From contig OX597820.1 in assembly GCA_951406725.2 (NCBI GenBank), positions 69,874,001 to 69,938,000 of the forward strand: 64,000 nucleotides of DNA, in the 5' to 3' direction. This DNA comes from Octopus vulgaris. Taxonomy: Eukaryota. The notes under the pieces are model-generated. The model was given only the letters and a program-made list of their open reading frames with translations. It made no database searches and was not told the DNA's origin. The first letter of the stretch is position 1. The number at the start of each line of letters is the position of its first letter. The translations under genes and the position numbers were made by a program. Positions 1 through 13,212 of this stretch are shown piece after piece.

Positions 1-53
1 TTTATAATAACTGCATTGGAAAAGATCTTAAACATTCAGTAGTTGACATATGC

Positions 54-450
54 TTTTCTTCTCTAGGTACAAGGCCCGGAATTTTGTGAGAGGGGGAGGC
101 AGTCGATTAGATCAACTCCAATATGCAACTGGTACCTAATTTATCGACCCCGAAAGGATAAAAGACGAAGTCGACCTCGGCGGAATTTGAACTCAGGACG
201 TAAAGACAGATGAAATACCTATTTCTTTATTACCCACAAGGGGCTAAACATAGAGGGGACAAACATGGACAGACATAGGTATTAAGTCGATTACATCGAC
301 CCCAGTGCATAACTGGTACTTAATTTATCGACCCCGAAAGGATGAAAGGCAAATCGACCTCGGCGGAATTTGAACTCAGGACGTAAAGACAGATGAAATA
401 CCACTAAGCATTTCGCCCGACGCGCTTTCGTGTCTGCCAACTCGTCGCCT
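54..450 (-). mobile_element. tRNA-derived SINE, family A, dimeric form
   Basis: The reverse complement begins GGCGACGAGTTGGCAGACACG (A-box-like) and contains GAGTTCAAATTCC (B box). The body ATCGACCCCGAAAGGAT...GACCTCGGCGGAATTTGAACTCAG occurs twice, and the same sequence recurs more than 10 times in the window. Confidence 0.8.
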
Positions 451-559
451 TCGGTAGTTAACTTATTAACACTCAAAATCTCACTTATTGCTTTATTGTT
501 CTAAAACCTAAAACTATTTACGTCCATGTTCGATCAAAAGCATTTATTTCTTTTGAAAC

Positions 560-790
560 TGTGTGAGTCCGTGTCTATGTTTGTGACCCTCACACCGTTT
601 AAAAACCGGTGTTAGTTTGTTTAAAGTTTCCGTAACTTTGTCGTTCGTCGTAAGACACCGGCAGAATAAGTATTAACTATAAGATTAAAAAATAAATACT
701 GCGGTCAATCTATTCGACTACATCCCTTCACGGTGGTGCCCCAGCATGGCCGGAGTCCATTGACTAAAACAAGTAAATGATAAAAGATGA
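560..790 (+). mobile_element. 3' half of CORE-type SINE (family B)
   Basis: GGTGGTGCCCCAGCATGGCCGGAGTCCATTGACTAAAACAAGTAAA matches the 3' end of the full copy at 54284-54688. Confidence 0.7.
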
Positions 791-820
791 TACTGATTTT
801 TTTTTCTTTCCATCTTTCTA

Positions 821-1034
821 CGAAGTGGACTGAAAGTTCCTGGTTTAAAAGGTATCACAAAAGAGCCGTTTGGAGGCCCAACCCTCCGAGTTTTATCTAC
901 AGAGCTTGGAAATACTGAAGGACCGTTGCAGTAAGTGTGTGAATCTGAGGGGGAAATGTTGAATAAAATCATAATTAACTAACCCTCCTGTATTATCTTT
1001 CACCGGAAACCAGGAACTTTTCAGTACCTACTCA
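821..1034 (-). mobile_element. mariner-type MITE (~214 bp)
   Basis: TA flanks and imperfect TIRs (CTGAAAGTTCCTGG / CCAGGAACTTTTCAG). It is a reverse-complement copy of 42885-43098. Confidence 0.7.
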
Positions 1035-1124
1035 TACGAATGCTTCCTCCAAGATACAAATTATTTGGTCAATAAAAGTTTAGTTAATTAATTACACCTG
1101 CAATAGGTATAATAATTATCGTTT

Positions 1125-1552
1125 ACCTTCTATATCTTTCAATGATTGGACTGCGACCATACTGGAGCAACGCCTTGAAAGATTTTAATCAAACAAATCG
1201 GTCCGATTACTAACTAATTGTTAAAGTCTGGAACTTATTCTATTTATCACTTTTGCTGAACCAATCAATTTTGGGAACGTAAACAAACCAACACCGATTG
1301 TCAAACGGAGTTGGTGAGACAAAGATACGCCTGCACACATGCAAACACAGACAGACACATATATAAATATAAACACACATATGTATATATAGACGATTGG
1401 CTTCCAAACAGTTTCCGCCAAATTCACTCTCGAGACAGTAGTCGGCTCAAAACTATAGTAGGAGTACCATTCCCAAGGTGTAGCGCAGTGGAGCCGAACG
1501 CGAAACTATGTGGTTCAAAGCAAGCTTGTTAACCAAACAGCCATGCCTGTGC
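1125..1552 (-). mobile_element. CORE-type SINE (family B), degenerate
   Basis: The reverse complement aligns by eye to both the head and the tail of 54284-54688. Confidence 0.65.
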
Positions 1553-1929
1553 TATTCCTTTTGATAAGTACATCAATTCTGAAATTAAATCGAGAATATA
1601 GTGAAATGAAATTAATCTTTGGCAAGTTAAATCCTGATGTAGCCATCGTCCTATAGGTACGTATTTGATGCTTGATGACTGATTTTTTTTTGCTCTGGGG
1701 AAGATATCATTGAGTCGGTGGTTCCTTATATTTTCAGTTGATCAAACGATTGATTCATAAAATTGAACCATGAACGCAGATAATCGTTTGTGGTTGAATT
1801 TTATATATATCTGCATACCTTCAATGTTGTAAATGCATATAACCCATTATATTTGTCTATTATATTTACATATATAATATACACATACATATATATGTAC
1901 ATTATGTGTGTTTGTGTGTTTGTATGTGC

Positions 1930-1999
<70 letters not shown>

Positions 2000-2130
2000 A
2001 TATATATCTAAGTTTGTAAGATTATGTATAGAAGAATATATTAAACAACGAAGTTCCAGGATAGTCCGATTTTCTCGTTTTATTATTTACAATTTTTACA
2101 CTTTTTGAGATATACACATAGGTATACATA

Positions 2131-2738
2131 CAAGGGTTGGACAAAATAATGGAAACACCTAGCATCGTAGCATCATAATTTTGAAATATCTATAAAACAG
2201 TCAAAAGTTTGTTCATTTTTATTAGTGTTGCTTAATACGTTATGCTAAAATTGCTGTTTCTTTTCAAATATCAGAAAAATGTAATTAAAATCCATTAAAA
2301 TGACAGATCTATTGGACTTTCAAAGAGGTCAAATTGTTGGTGCTCGTATGGCAGGCGCTAGCATAGTAAAATCAGCCGAAATGTTTGGTGTATAAAAAAG
2401 TACTGTCTCGAAAGTAATGACAGCCTTTGAGAAAGCGGGGGAAAAACCTCCTCGTCGAAACAAAACTCTGGAAGAGAACCAAAACTTTCAGATACGGATC
2501 GTCGGGCTCTTACGTGAATTGTTAGAAAGGATCACAAAAGCACAGCTTCCACCTTGAGAACAAATTTTCCACAAAAACTGTTCGATGGGAGCTGCACAAA
2601 GCCGGATTTCACGGGAGGGCTGCGATCAGAAAACCACTACTTTCAAAAACGTTGCAAAGCATTTAGTTCGGAGTAAAAACCTACAGAATTCGTCCCTAGA
2701 GCATTTGGAAGAATGTTATTTTCTTGGACGAGTCATCT
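2131..2738 (+). mobile_element. Tc1-like DNA transposon, 5' remnant with frameshifted transposase
   Basis: TA followed by the TIR-like CAAGGGTTGGACAAAATAATGGAAACACC. From the ATG at 2300 it reads MTDLLDFQRGQIVGARMAGAS..AEMFGV*KSTVSKVM (paired-like HTH) and ends near a frameshifted VIF(S)DES, the first catalytic D. Confidence 0.85.
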
Positions 2739-2769
2739 CTTACAAATTATCTCCTCAAATATTATTAGC

Positions 2770-3525
2770 CTGTTAAATAGGGATACATTTACTAATAATT
2801 ATATAGGCAGTTCCTCTTCTCAGTTATCTAAATGAATTTCTAATCATTACTCTACATTTAGGGATAGGAATAAACGTATCAGTACAGAGCTTAGTAAATT
2901 TATGTGGTATCTAAAATACCACAATAAACAATTTAATTTAGATTGGTTGGTTCTCTCAATTTCAATCCCTTATGATAAAGGCAAGAAATTCTGTCTTCCC
3001 TGTAATTCTGAACTATTTTATTATTCTTTTTTCTAAAAATCCCGTGGTAAACACGATTATAGAGCATGCATACCGATGTAAACATTGGCAGAAACACACC
3101 TTTAGCTCATATAAGTAATATCTATCATTATATATAATTTAAACATTAATTTTTTCTTACATTTCTCATTCACTAGATATATCTTTTTCCAAGACTTTAG
3201 GGTTTTATTTAATTTACATATCGTTATATACTTCTCATTTATTTGTTTTTTTGTCTTTCTTTTTCTCCTCTTTCTATAGGCTATCTTTGACGTTATATCT
3301 GCTAACGTTTTTTTACAACAAAAACTTAATAGCGTTCAGTTAATCACTATACATATCCATCATATTCTGTTAAAATGTCTTATTGACGAGTTACATTTCT
3401 TCATTTCCCTGAAGAGAAGATTACATTGTTTTACACCATTTTTATACCTTTGGAATAATACCAGTGATAACTTCTAGACATGTGTCGGAAGTAAAAGAAT
3501 TTGAATAACACCTGTGTTTAACTCC

Positions 3526-3528
<3 letters not shown>
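2770..3528 (+). mobile_element. Penelope-like retroelement 3' remnant (GIY-YIG C-terminus plus 3' pLTR)
   Basis: From 2800 it translates YIGSSSSQLSK*ISNHYSTFRDRNKRISTELSKFMWYLK...W...PYDKGKKFCLPCNSE, with a later RCKHW. This frame is absent from the ORF track. A decayed hammerhead and (TA)n follow. Confidence 0.75.
3405..3490 (+). ncRNA. degenerate type I hammerhead ribozyme
   Basis: TTCC-CTGAAGA-GAAG...CTTC-TAGA(mutated GAAA)-CATGTG-TC-GGAA. Stems I and II pair but the GAAA box has decayed. Confidence 0.5.
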
Positions 3529-3562
<34 letters not shown>

Positions 3563-3606
3563 AACATACATATGTATGTATGTGCGTATACATATATATG
3601 TATATG

Positions 3607-3662
<56 letters not shown>

Positions 3663-3677
3663 CTTATATATACATAC

Positions 3678-3718
<41 letters not shown>

Positions 3719-5107
3719 CATGTGTATGATTTGCTCATCAACAAAATTCCTCTATTAACTAACTTGATTAATGATTGCTTTATCCTCCGTCTGAAATGTT
3801 AAACATCTACTTCTCGTTGAGAATAGACACTGCCGGTTCGTGTTCAAAATACATAATAAAAATGTCTCAAAATACAAAAGAAATATCTTGTAAAAGGCTA
3901 CACAATTTAATTGGCCACGAAGTCTTTCTGGAAATCAGTGAAATTTATTCTAGATAATTACAGTAATCACATCAAATGTAGATCTGTTTGTTAATAAGTT
4001 TGAAATATATTTTTCTTTCGGCAAATTTCGGAAGATTCATATTTATAATTAAGAGTTAATTCTCCCAACAGTTAAGTAGAAATTATAATTGTTTTAAGTG
4101 TTTTTAATAGGATTTGCCTAAAATGGCGTATTTTATGTTTTTACTCATTATCGTTTTACGTGACCACGTGATCTTACGGAGTTCTATATATAAGTGTGTA
4201 TGAGTGAGTATATGTGTTTATATATGTGTATATTATGGGAGTATATTTTCGGTTGCGTATGTGTGTATGTGTGTGTTTGTTGTGTGTCTGTGTCTGTGTA
4301 TGTGTGTCTGTTTGTGTATACCTGTGTGTATGTGTTATCTGTATATGTGTGTAGCGTACGACGTTTTTGTTTTGTTGTAGCTATTTTGTTGTCTGTGTAC
4401 ATTATATGTTCAAAATTTACATGGTTTCTCTCTATCAACATAATGACGAATAAATACATTGTCAATTATCCTTTTGTGGAATCAGTCGATCGATCTTCCA
4501 TTTTCAGGCAATTTTCCTACGAAATTATATTTTCGAAATATATATGTATTTACGCACTGAGTAGAGATTAGATAAAGCCTTTTGTTCAATTATGCCTTTT
4601 ATTGGCAGAAATACGTAGGTGAATATCAAGACAAAACATACGATACTATTTGATTAGGTTCCTTTGCGTTCCGGCTATGTATTTTTAATCTGGATTTGAA
4701 ATAAAGTTGACCCTATAACTACCAAATTATGTACTGGGTCGATATAATTTATTAATATACTTAAAGGCAGTACACAAACATTGATAATGACTGCAATTAT
4801 TCAAAGAATAGAAGCCGATGTAACTATACAAGCAAGTAAATCTTTAAATGCATGTAGAATAAACTGTATTGAACTGAGGTTGCATCGGAGGGGGTAAATA
4901 TGTGTTAATTTGATTTCAGAAGCAACGGGAGCGAGGGGAGAAAATCAGGTGAACAGTATAAAGTAATTATACTGATATTATAACGCACATTATATGCTAG
5001 GAATGGATCAATCTATACATCTACAAAGCTTTTATCATACACACATGTACATGCACATATACATGTATATATGAAAATACCTGTTATATGTCCTTATGGT
5101 TTTGTTT

Positions 5108-5411
5108 GTTCCTTCTTGAGCCATACTTCGCTCTTAAGGGCCAGTTTCCCGGTCTCCCGGCTTCATTGGCATGTAAGTTCCCCATCTGGACAGGACGCCG
5201 GTCCATCGCAGGTAAGCTGCTAGATGCAAGAGGAAAGAGTGAGAGAAAGTTGTGGCGAAAGAGTCAGCAGAATTTCGCCATTAACTTCTGCCGGAGCCCC
5301 GTGGAACTTAGGTGTTTCGCTCATAAACACACACATCGCCTGGTCTGAGATTCGGTCCCTCGATCCCTCGACCGCGAGTCCACTATTCTAAACACTAGGC
5401 CATGTGCCTCC
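5108..5411 (-). mobile_element. tRNA-derived SINE, family C
   Basis: The reverse complement starts GGAGGCACATGGCCTAGTG (A box). The element is similar along its whole length to 24368-24651. Confidence 0.8.
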
Positions 5412-5865
5412 CCATGTCTATGTAATATAGCTATTATGTCTATCTTTATTGGATCATCAGTTTTTTTCTCACCGGTACTGGCTTATAAATGCTGAAGAGG
5501 ACCTTTAATGGCATCCATTTCACCGTTCTAGGAGGGTCTCTGAAAACTGTGGACATTGGCTTAGGAAGTAAGTGATTTTTAAAATTACCTTATGCTCTAG
5601 AGACTTATAAATCCGGTTACCCGGGTTCCAGGGCGTATACGTGTCTGGGGTAACAACACTCCTATTGAACAGAACGTCGAAACGTTACGGGTTTCAAAGC
5701 TAGCAATTTTTGATAGGAACGAAAAAATCGTTTACGCTGGCCCCTGCGCTTGACGGGTACTTTATTTAATCAACTAAAGCTTACTTCGGGAAGTTTTGAA
5801 CTCAGAACGTAAACGAGCTATAAAAAAAATCACCTCTTAGCATTTTATCTGACGCACTAAAGTAT

Positions 5866-5943
5866 CTGTTTACTCGCTACCTTCGCAAGTAAAATATATA
5901 GCTGTTTACTCGCTACCTTCGCAAGTAAAATATATAGCTGTTT
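5866..5943. repeat. perfect 36-bp tandem duplication at the head of a decayed family A SINE
   Basis: CTGTTTACTCGCTACCTTCGCAAGTAAAATATATAG x2. Confidence 0.9.
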
Positions 5944-6362
5944 TCAAAGCATTAAGGAAAAGAAAAAGGTTTATTAAAAACTGTACTTCTCAACGTTGAG
6001 GCTGCTTCAATTTCGAATACCCACTCCGATTTTGACCTGCAAATTTCGAAAACTCTGTAACTTCTTACTAACTTTCGTTGATAGCTTAGCAATATAGAAA
6101 TCTTGTTTGAATATTTTTTCTTTTTCGTTAAGCTTTTCAGTACGTTTAAAATAAGGTATGTTTAAAATAATTAGCACACCTCTAGGGTAAAGTTGGCATT
6201 ATAGAAAATGCAAATTTCGTTCTGCACGTTGTACGGGAAATTTTCGAGATTCAGTCTTTTAAAACACAGCGTCGTAAGCACCTGGAAATGCAGCAACATT
6301 TACGTTTAACACAACAGAAGAAAAATGATGATTTATGCTAATATTCCTGTGCGTCTATTTTC

Positions 6363-6540
6363 AGGTGCAGGTATGGTTGCATCGTTAAAATGCTTGCTTT
6401 GCAACCATGTAGTTTTTAGTGCAGTCCCACTCCGCGGCACCTAGGGGCAAGTGTCTACGTTTCTATTGCCCCGGGAGACCAATGCTTTATGAATGAATTT
6501 GGTAGTGGGGAAACTGAGTGTAAGTCCGTGTATACACGCA

Positions 6541-6621
<81 letters not shown>

Positions 6622-6855
6622 ACATATATATATATGTCTATATTTAGAGTGAGAGAGAGAGAATTATTTGTGTTTGTTTCACTCATTCCATTTGATAACT
6701 AATGTTGGTTTCTCAACAAATGATGTCCGATGGAATAACTACCATATTTAAAACACAATAAAAACTGGGGTTGAATTGTTCGACTTAGATCTCCCAAAGG
6801 TAGTGCCCCAGAGTGGCCACAGTGAAATAACTAAAACTATTAATATATAAAAGAT
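6363..6855 (+). mobile_element. CORE-type SINE (family B) with expanded internal microsatellite
   Basis: Head CAGGTGCAGGTATGGTTGC..., CORE-like GGGGCAAGTGTCT and tail GTAGTGCCCCAGAGTGGCCACAG. Confidence 0.65.
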
Positions 6856-8315
6856 TTATCCAATATCTAATAAGATTTTTTTCATGTATTTATTATTACG
6901 TTTGAAATTAGTTTTTGTAAAAGTTATTGTAATTGACAGTTTAATGCCTGTTATTCATCCCTTATTTGTATTAATTTATTATCCGTTTCTTCTCAGCTAC
7001 ATATATTACATATAGACAGTAACTACATATTACTTTCCTCAGAAACATTTCTTCAATGATCTTCCACATTGTTTTCGTTTCCCTTGCTTCATATCCACTC
7101 CGGTTTTTGAATGCACAACTTGAGCGAAGACAGATAACGGAGATGAACAAAAATACAGGCATACGAAAAAATAAAAAAAAAGAAATCACAGAAAAGAACG
7201 GAAAATTGTGATTTTATTCTTTCGTTCTGCACACACACACACACACACACACTCAAATACATACATACACACACACGTACATACCTGTGTATATACATAT
7301 ATATACATATATATATATGTATATATACACTTATATTATATATATATACATACATACATATATATTGCAGTGTATCATTAGCTGTTGTAAGACGTGATGT
7401 TATTGAGTTATTGAGTATACATAAGTTTTGCCTTCCATTCTTAACCAGTTTTCTGAATTTTTTTTTACCCTCTTTTGTATTGATATACCTAGTGTTTTAT
7501 TATCGTTTTCTTTATATCGTTTCTTTCTCCTATATGTTCTTTCCTTTTGTTTTTACTACATATTTTTACTTCACATCGTATGTATTGATACTGCAATATA
7601 ATACTCTTTTAATGAGGGACATTCTTTGAAGATTTTTGCAAATAAACGACTCTGCTTTGAGGGGGAAAATACATGTAGAAAATAACAAGCCAACAAAAAA
7701 ATAAGTTATGAAAAGAATAAAATACAATATATCATAAAAATTATATTTGTTCTTATGCTTTATATTTTCCCTCTTGTTTTGGCTGAAAGTACACACGTCT
7801 TTGTACTGCATTTTTACTTTTTAAAATCATTTTTCCTTTTTACGTAATTTTTGTTTTTGTTTTATCGTTGTATCTTTGTAAAATTTGATTGAAAACAAAA
7901 CATCAAATATACATGTATCATATTTTCATTCTTAACAAAATGATATCGTTACATATTTATACATATAAGTCAATACAGATATATTTTTCTTTCTTCCTCT
8001 CACTTCACTTTTCTACCCAGTATCTATATTATATATATATTATATACACAAACATGCAAACATATATATATATGTATATACGTATGTGTGTGTATGTGTG
8101 TGCGTTTGAGTGTGTGTGTATTTCTGAATGTGAGTTCATGTGTATATACATGTGTGAACATATACGTAGAGGGCGAGACAAAGAAGGTAAGTTAAAGGGA
8201 AAACGTAAGAGATATACGTGTGTGTATGTGTGTGTGTGTACATTTGTGTGAGTGTATATTGTGCCATACCTTTTGTTGGCCATTGTGTAGATCAATCAAA
8301 CACACTCACACGCAC

Positions 8316-8377
<62 letters not shown>

Positions 8378-8899
8378 ACACATCACACCACACCAAATAC
8401 ACATTTTGTGAGGTGCGTATTCATCCCTGGGATGCAATAAAATTGTGTATAAGTTGCAAATTCGTCTTTATATGAATGCATCCATGTCATTGTGCATCTG
8501 TGCACGAACGTATGCATTTATGATTTTACAACAACGATTGTCTTTTCATATTCTTGTAAACATTTCGAGCAGTGCATTGCACAATGAATATACATATCAA
8601 ATATGTATATTACATCATTTTGTTCTCCGATTGTCAAAATAAGTTTAAGGTGACCAAGTACACGATCACGTACTCTAAAATACAATTTGTATAGCATGCG
8701 CCAAACAACAGCACTGTACATCATTCCATCTCATTATATATAGTAGTTCGGTAAACGAATCCGATAGAATAGATATTAGGCTTATAACGAATAAGTAATG
8801 GGGTCAATTTCTTCGACTAAAAAAAATCTAAGGTGGCGTTCCAGCATGGCCACAGTCTGAAGCAGGTAAAAGAATAAATGAATAAAAGAATACACACAC

Positions 8900-10430
8900 A
8901 CACAGAAGAGAAAAGATGAAAAACAGATTTGTTTTACAGGATTACGGAGTATATTAAAGTCATGATAATAAAGATATTATACAATTTTGTGCAGAATAAG
9001 GTTTTGTTCTTTCAACGTAAAGTAATAACCGGTTTCGCATTGTTCATCAAGCTAAGGGTTGAAAATAGACGTACTGCTAAAGGGAAGACATATTACTAGG
9101 TGAGATAATTTTTCACTCATATATTGTACAGTAAAGGGGAGGTAAATCTGTAATTTTTTATTTTTAGTCTGTATTCTATTCTGGCTTATATCTTACAACT
9201 GAAGGGACAAGTCTTTTATTTTTAACATGGGTTCATAGTTAGTTCTGGTTTATATTTTCGGATAAATGAGGCTTCTTTATTCAGTCTTACTTGAATTGAG
9301 GTCCAGAAAGCAAGTTGATAAAATGGGAAAATTACGAATTGTGATTGTATTCGGCTTGCATATTCGTCAATGTGTTGACTGAGATATATTTGGCAATATT
9401 GTTGGGTGGATATTTGTTGCCTGTGGACCGTACATCTCTGTCTGAGTTTATGATTACGTATAATTTCTTAAAGTTTGGGGTCCTTATGGAGTATTGGCAG
9501 GTTTGGGACGATGATATTAAATGCTTCTTTCTTTCTGGGGTTTTATGTGGAGACATAAGGTAGTGTTTTAAGGGTAGGTGTGTTGCTGTGTTTGGCTTTT
9601 CTTAATGTTTTAATATCAATCGATTTTGCACGTTTAATTCCTTCATTTCTGAGTTGGGTTGTGTCTTCCTGGAGTACGTTTTAAAGCTTTTGCAATCTTA
9701 GTTATCTGGTATTTTTTTCGGAGAACATGGTACAAATCCTTGCACGGTTGAAGGGGGTATTTGTTTTGATATGTCTCAGTTGACACGAGCTAAATAATAA
9801 ATATTGTTTAGCGTCTGTGATCTTGTAAAAGATATCCGTTCCTATTTTTCTAATTAGTATGTCTAGGAATAGGAGCTCCTCGTGGTCGTGCACCATTGTG
9901 AATTGTATGTTGGTATTAATATTATTGAGGAGACTTTTGAACTCCTGGAGATTATCTATGTTTTCATTCCAGAGGATGAAGCAGTCGTCCAAAAACCTTT
10001 TCCAATTTTCTTTTATGTACTGGGAAAGAGAGAGGGGGTTTCAAAGTTTTGAAAATGACTCCTGATATATTGCTATTTCTAAATAGCGTATTGTTAGATT
10101 GTCAATGGTTGGAGCTACCCTGATTCCCATTGCAATTCCAGATTTTGGCGATAAACAATGCTGTCAAACAGGAAATGGTTGTTTTGGAGAATGAATTTAA
10201 TTGATTCGATTATGTAGACTTTGTTGATCCGTTCTGGTATTTCTTCTGGATATTTGTCCAGACAGAAACGGATTGCTTCTATTCCATAATTATGGGGTAT
10301 GTTTGTGTATAAATTAATCACATTGAATGAGACCATGATTGTTTCCTCCTGGACCCTTTCTGGAAGGGGATTTAACATATCTAACTCATCTCTAATATGA
10401 CACTTGATATGTTTTAGAAATGGTTTCACA
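8900..10430 (-). mobile_element. decayed Penelope-like retroelement (RT, GIY-YIG remnant, 3' pLTR)
   Basis: Frames read SFNVINLYTNIP..ILQNNHFLFD, then DDCFILW...FLDILI..TDIFYKITDAKQYLLFSSC and a C-terminal KEASFIRKYKPEL. Multiple frameshifts are present. Confidence 0.85.
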
Positions 10431-10576
10431 ATATATACAATATATACATCTCTGTAATCTATATATAGCTGAGGTACCCGATAATAAATTTCCGTTAATA
10501 AGATGTCTGTTGATTGCCATGAAACATTTTCCGTCAAATTTCGACAGAAAAACAACATACAGTACGAATAGTAACA

Positions 10577-10681
<105 letters not shown>

Positions 10682-10792
10682 AAACACAATTGCAGCATGA
10701 AAAAACGCAAAAAACCGTTCGATTGGGTTTTTGTGTTTTCTTCTTTTTTTGTTTCAGCACACGAGCTCAGATCAAGTCACTTGCTGTGCAAG

Positions 10793-11507
10793 TACATCTC
10801 TGTAATCTATATATAGCTGAGGTACCCGATAATAAATTTCCGCCAATAAGATGTTTGTTGATATCCATGAAACATTTTCCGTCAAATTTCGACATTTTAC
10901 AAAAATGTTTAATCTATATTAATGGGTAGGACCAATTTGACGAAAAAATGAGCAGCGTCTGGTAGCGAACCAGTATTGTCGTCATTTTTGTGCATGTGCG
11001 TAAAATGGCGAAATTTTACGCGTTGGGGCCGATTTCGTCAAATTAATGTCACGACAGCTAGTGTGCAAGATGCCTAAATTTTGCTTGAGAAGTAAAATGC
11101 TCTTACGTAATCAAAACCTGAAACGCTGTGGAATTAAAACAACGAATTGAAATAATAAGTTTTAGCAAATCAAAACTATTCACATTGAAATGAAGAATTA
11201 GCAAATGCTAAATAGATTACCGTTAATAAGCTGTCTGTTTATACCCATGAAAGATTTTTCGTTAAATTTCGGCATTTTTCAAATTGATGTCACGATGGCT
11301 AGTGAGAAAAATGTCGAGATTTTACGATCTTTGAAAAATCGATGCTGATTAAAACTCGATTTTTTTTTAAATTCTAAGTGCGTAAGGGACCACATGGGCA
11401 TAATCCCCACACACGTGTCAAGTTTCATCAAGGTCTGTTGGATAGTCTCGGGAGAGTTAAAGTAAGAAATTCACGAACACACAAACTTGCCGTTTATTAT
11501 TAGAGAT
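10793..11507. mobile_element. non-autonomous Helitron-like composite element
   Basis: Helitron-like starts TCTATATATA (+, ~10805) and TCTCTAATAATAAA (-, ~11506). It also has a GATGAAACTTGACAC motif on the minus strand and an internal repeated GTCACGA..GCTAGTG. Its first 102 bp are duplicated at 10445-10546. Confidence 0.4.
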
Positions 11508-11574
11508 TTTTTTTCAGGATTAAATAAAAAGACAACAAACTGAAAATTTGACATACCTATATATACATATATTA

Positions 11575-11874
11575 CTGTGATCACCGTGACTGACCAGGCT
11601 ATCAGATGTTGCTACACATCGCTGGTCACAATGTGCTTCGCATTGTTTTAGCCTTCAAATGACGCCACCCCGCTGGCCAAGTGAGCAGGCCAACAGAAGA
11701 AAGAGTGAGAGAAAGTTGTGGCAAAAGAGTACAGCAGGGATCGCCGCGCCCGCTGCCGGAGCCTTGTGGAGCTTTAGGTATTTTCGTTCAATAAACACAA
11801 CACCCGGTCTGGGAATCGAAACCGCGATCCTACGACCGCAAGTCCGCTGCCCTAACCACTGGCCATTGCACCTC

Positions 11875-11877
<3 letters not shown>
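11575..11877 (-). mobile_element. tRNA-derived SINE, family C variant
   Basis: The reverse-complement head is GTGGAGGTGCAATGGCCAGTGGTTAGGGCAGCGG...GGTTTCGATTCCC. It shares the GAGAGAAAGTTGTGGC module but has a different tail. Confidence 0.8.
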
Positions 11878-11918
<41 letters not shown>

Positions 11919-11920
11919 AT

Positions 11921-12008
<88 letters not shown>

Positions 12009-12213
12009 TTATAATTTAAATATTGAGGAGATAAATTAATATTAATTTTAATATCAATTTAAAACCAGTAGTCCAGCATTCAAAAATCTGAGGAGTCAGA
12101 GAAAATTCAAATATATGTGTATATTGGCGGGCTGGCCTGCTAGGTAGCCGGCCGAATGCTATATATATATATATTTAATATATAATATATATATATATTA
12201 TATAATATATATA

Positions 12214-12273
<60 letters not shown>

Positions 12274-12461
12274 TACATATACACATATATATATAAAATT
12301 ATATATATATGTATGAAATTATAAATTAGGGTATCGACGAGATATCACCATGCTGAAAATAGTAGCCATGATCTGACTCTAAAACCACCTTAATTGTCCA
12401 TATATAAACACGGGGACAAAACAAAGAGACAAGATGAAACTAGTAAAAAATTATTGGATAA

Positions 12462-12518
12462 TTCTAGATCCCGGATTTCTGGATTTGCATTTAGTAATAC
12501 TTTGCCTCGTCAGTAGTA
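12462..12518 (-). ncRNA. type I hammerhead ribozyme (left-arm copy)
   Basis: Reverse complement: TACTA-CTGACGA-GG...CC-A-GAAA-TCCGGGA-TC-TAGAA. Confidence 0.6.
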
Positions 12519-12853
12519 TACACACAGAAGAGAAACATAAATACACATATATATAAGCACAACATACGAATACTTACATATACGAATGCATACCCACATA
12601 TATATGCACGTATGCATCATGTCCAGTTCAAAATGCCCGCCGTTTAATTTAAATGTAGATAAATTTAAATTTATTTCGTCACTGTATTTACTGCGGCGAT
12701 ATTTTGACCATATCTCACACGGAATTAAATGGCGGGCATTTTGAACTGGCCATGATGCATACGTGCATATATATATGGGTATACGTTCGTATATGTAAGT
12801 ATTCGTATGTTGTGCTTATATATATATGTATCTATGTTTCTCTTCTGTGAGTA

Positions 12854-12910
12854 TTCTACTGACGAGGCAAAGCATTACTAAATGCACTCCCAGAAATCCG
12901 GGATCTAGAA
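12854..12910 (+). ncRNA. type I hammerhead ribozyme (right-arm copy)
   Basis: TTCTA-CTGACGA-GG(CAAAGCATTACTAAATGCACTC)CC-A-GAAA-TCCGGGA-TC-TAGAA, giving a 5-bp stem I, intact core boxes and an AUC cleavage triplet. Confidence 0.7.
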
Positions 12911-13141
12911 TTATCCAGTAATTTTTTACTAGTTTCATCTTGTCTCTTTGTTTTCTCTCCGTGTTGATATATGGACAATTAAGGTGGTTTTGGAGTCAGA
13001 TGATGGCTGCTATTTTCAGCATGGGAGTATACTGTAGATACCCTAATTTATAATTTTAATAATTATTACATTTGAAGGTTATTTTTTCCATGCTGACCAC
13101 TTGATGAAATCGTTATTTTATTTTTAAATTAAAGATCTTAT

Positions 13142-13175
<34 letters not shown>

Positions 13176-13212
13176 ACAGACACACACCGATAACTGTACC
13201 CAAATAAACATA

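Larger units (their letters stand above)
12316..13056. mobile_element. inverted-repeat element (~335-bp arms, ~72-bp spacer), probable inverted Penelope pLTR pair
   Basis: 12316-12650 is the reverse complement of ~12723-13056 with scattered mismatches. Each arm carries a hammerhead motif, and the element lies between (TA)n tracts. Confidence 0.75.
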
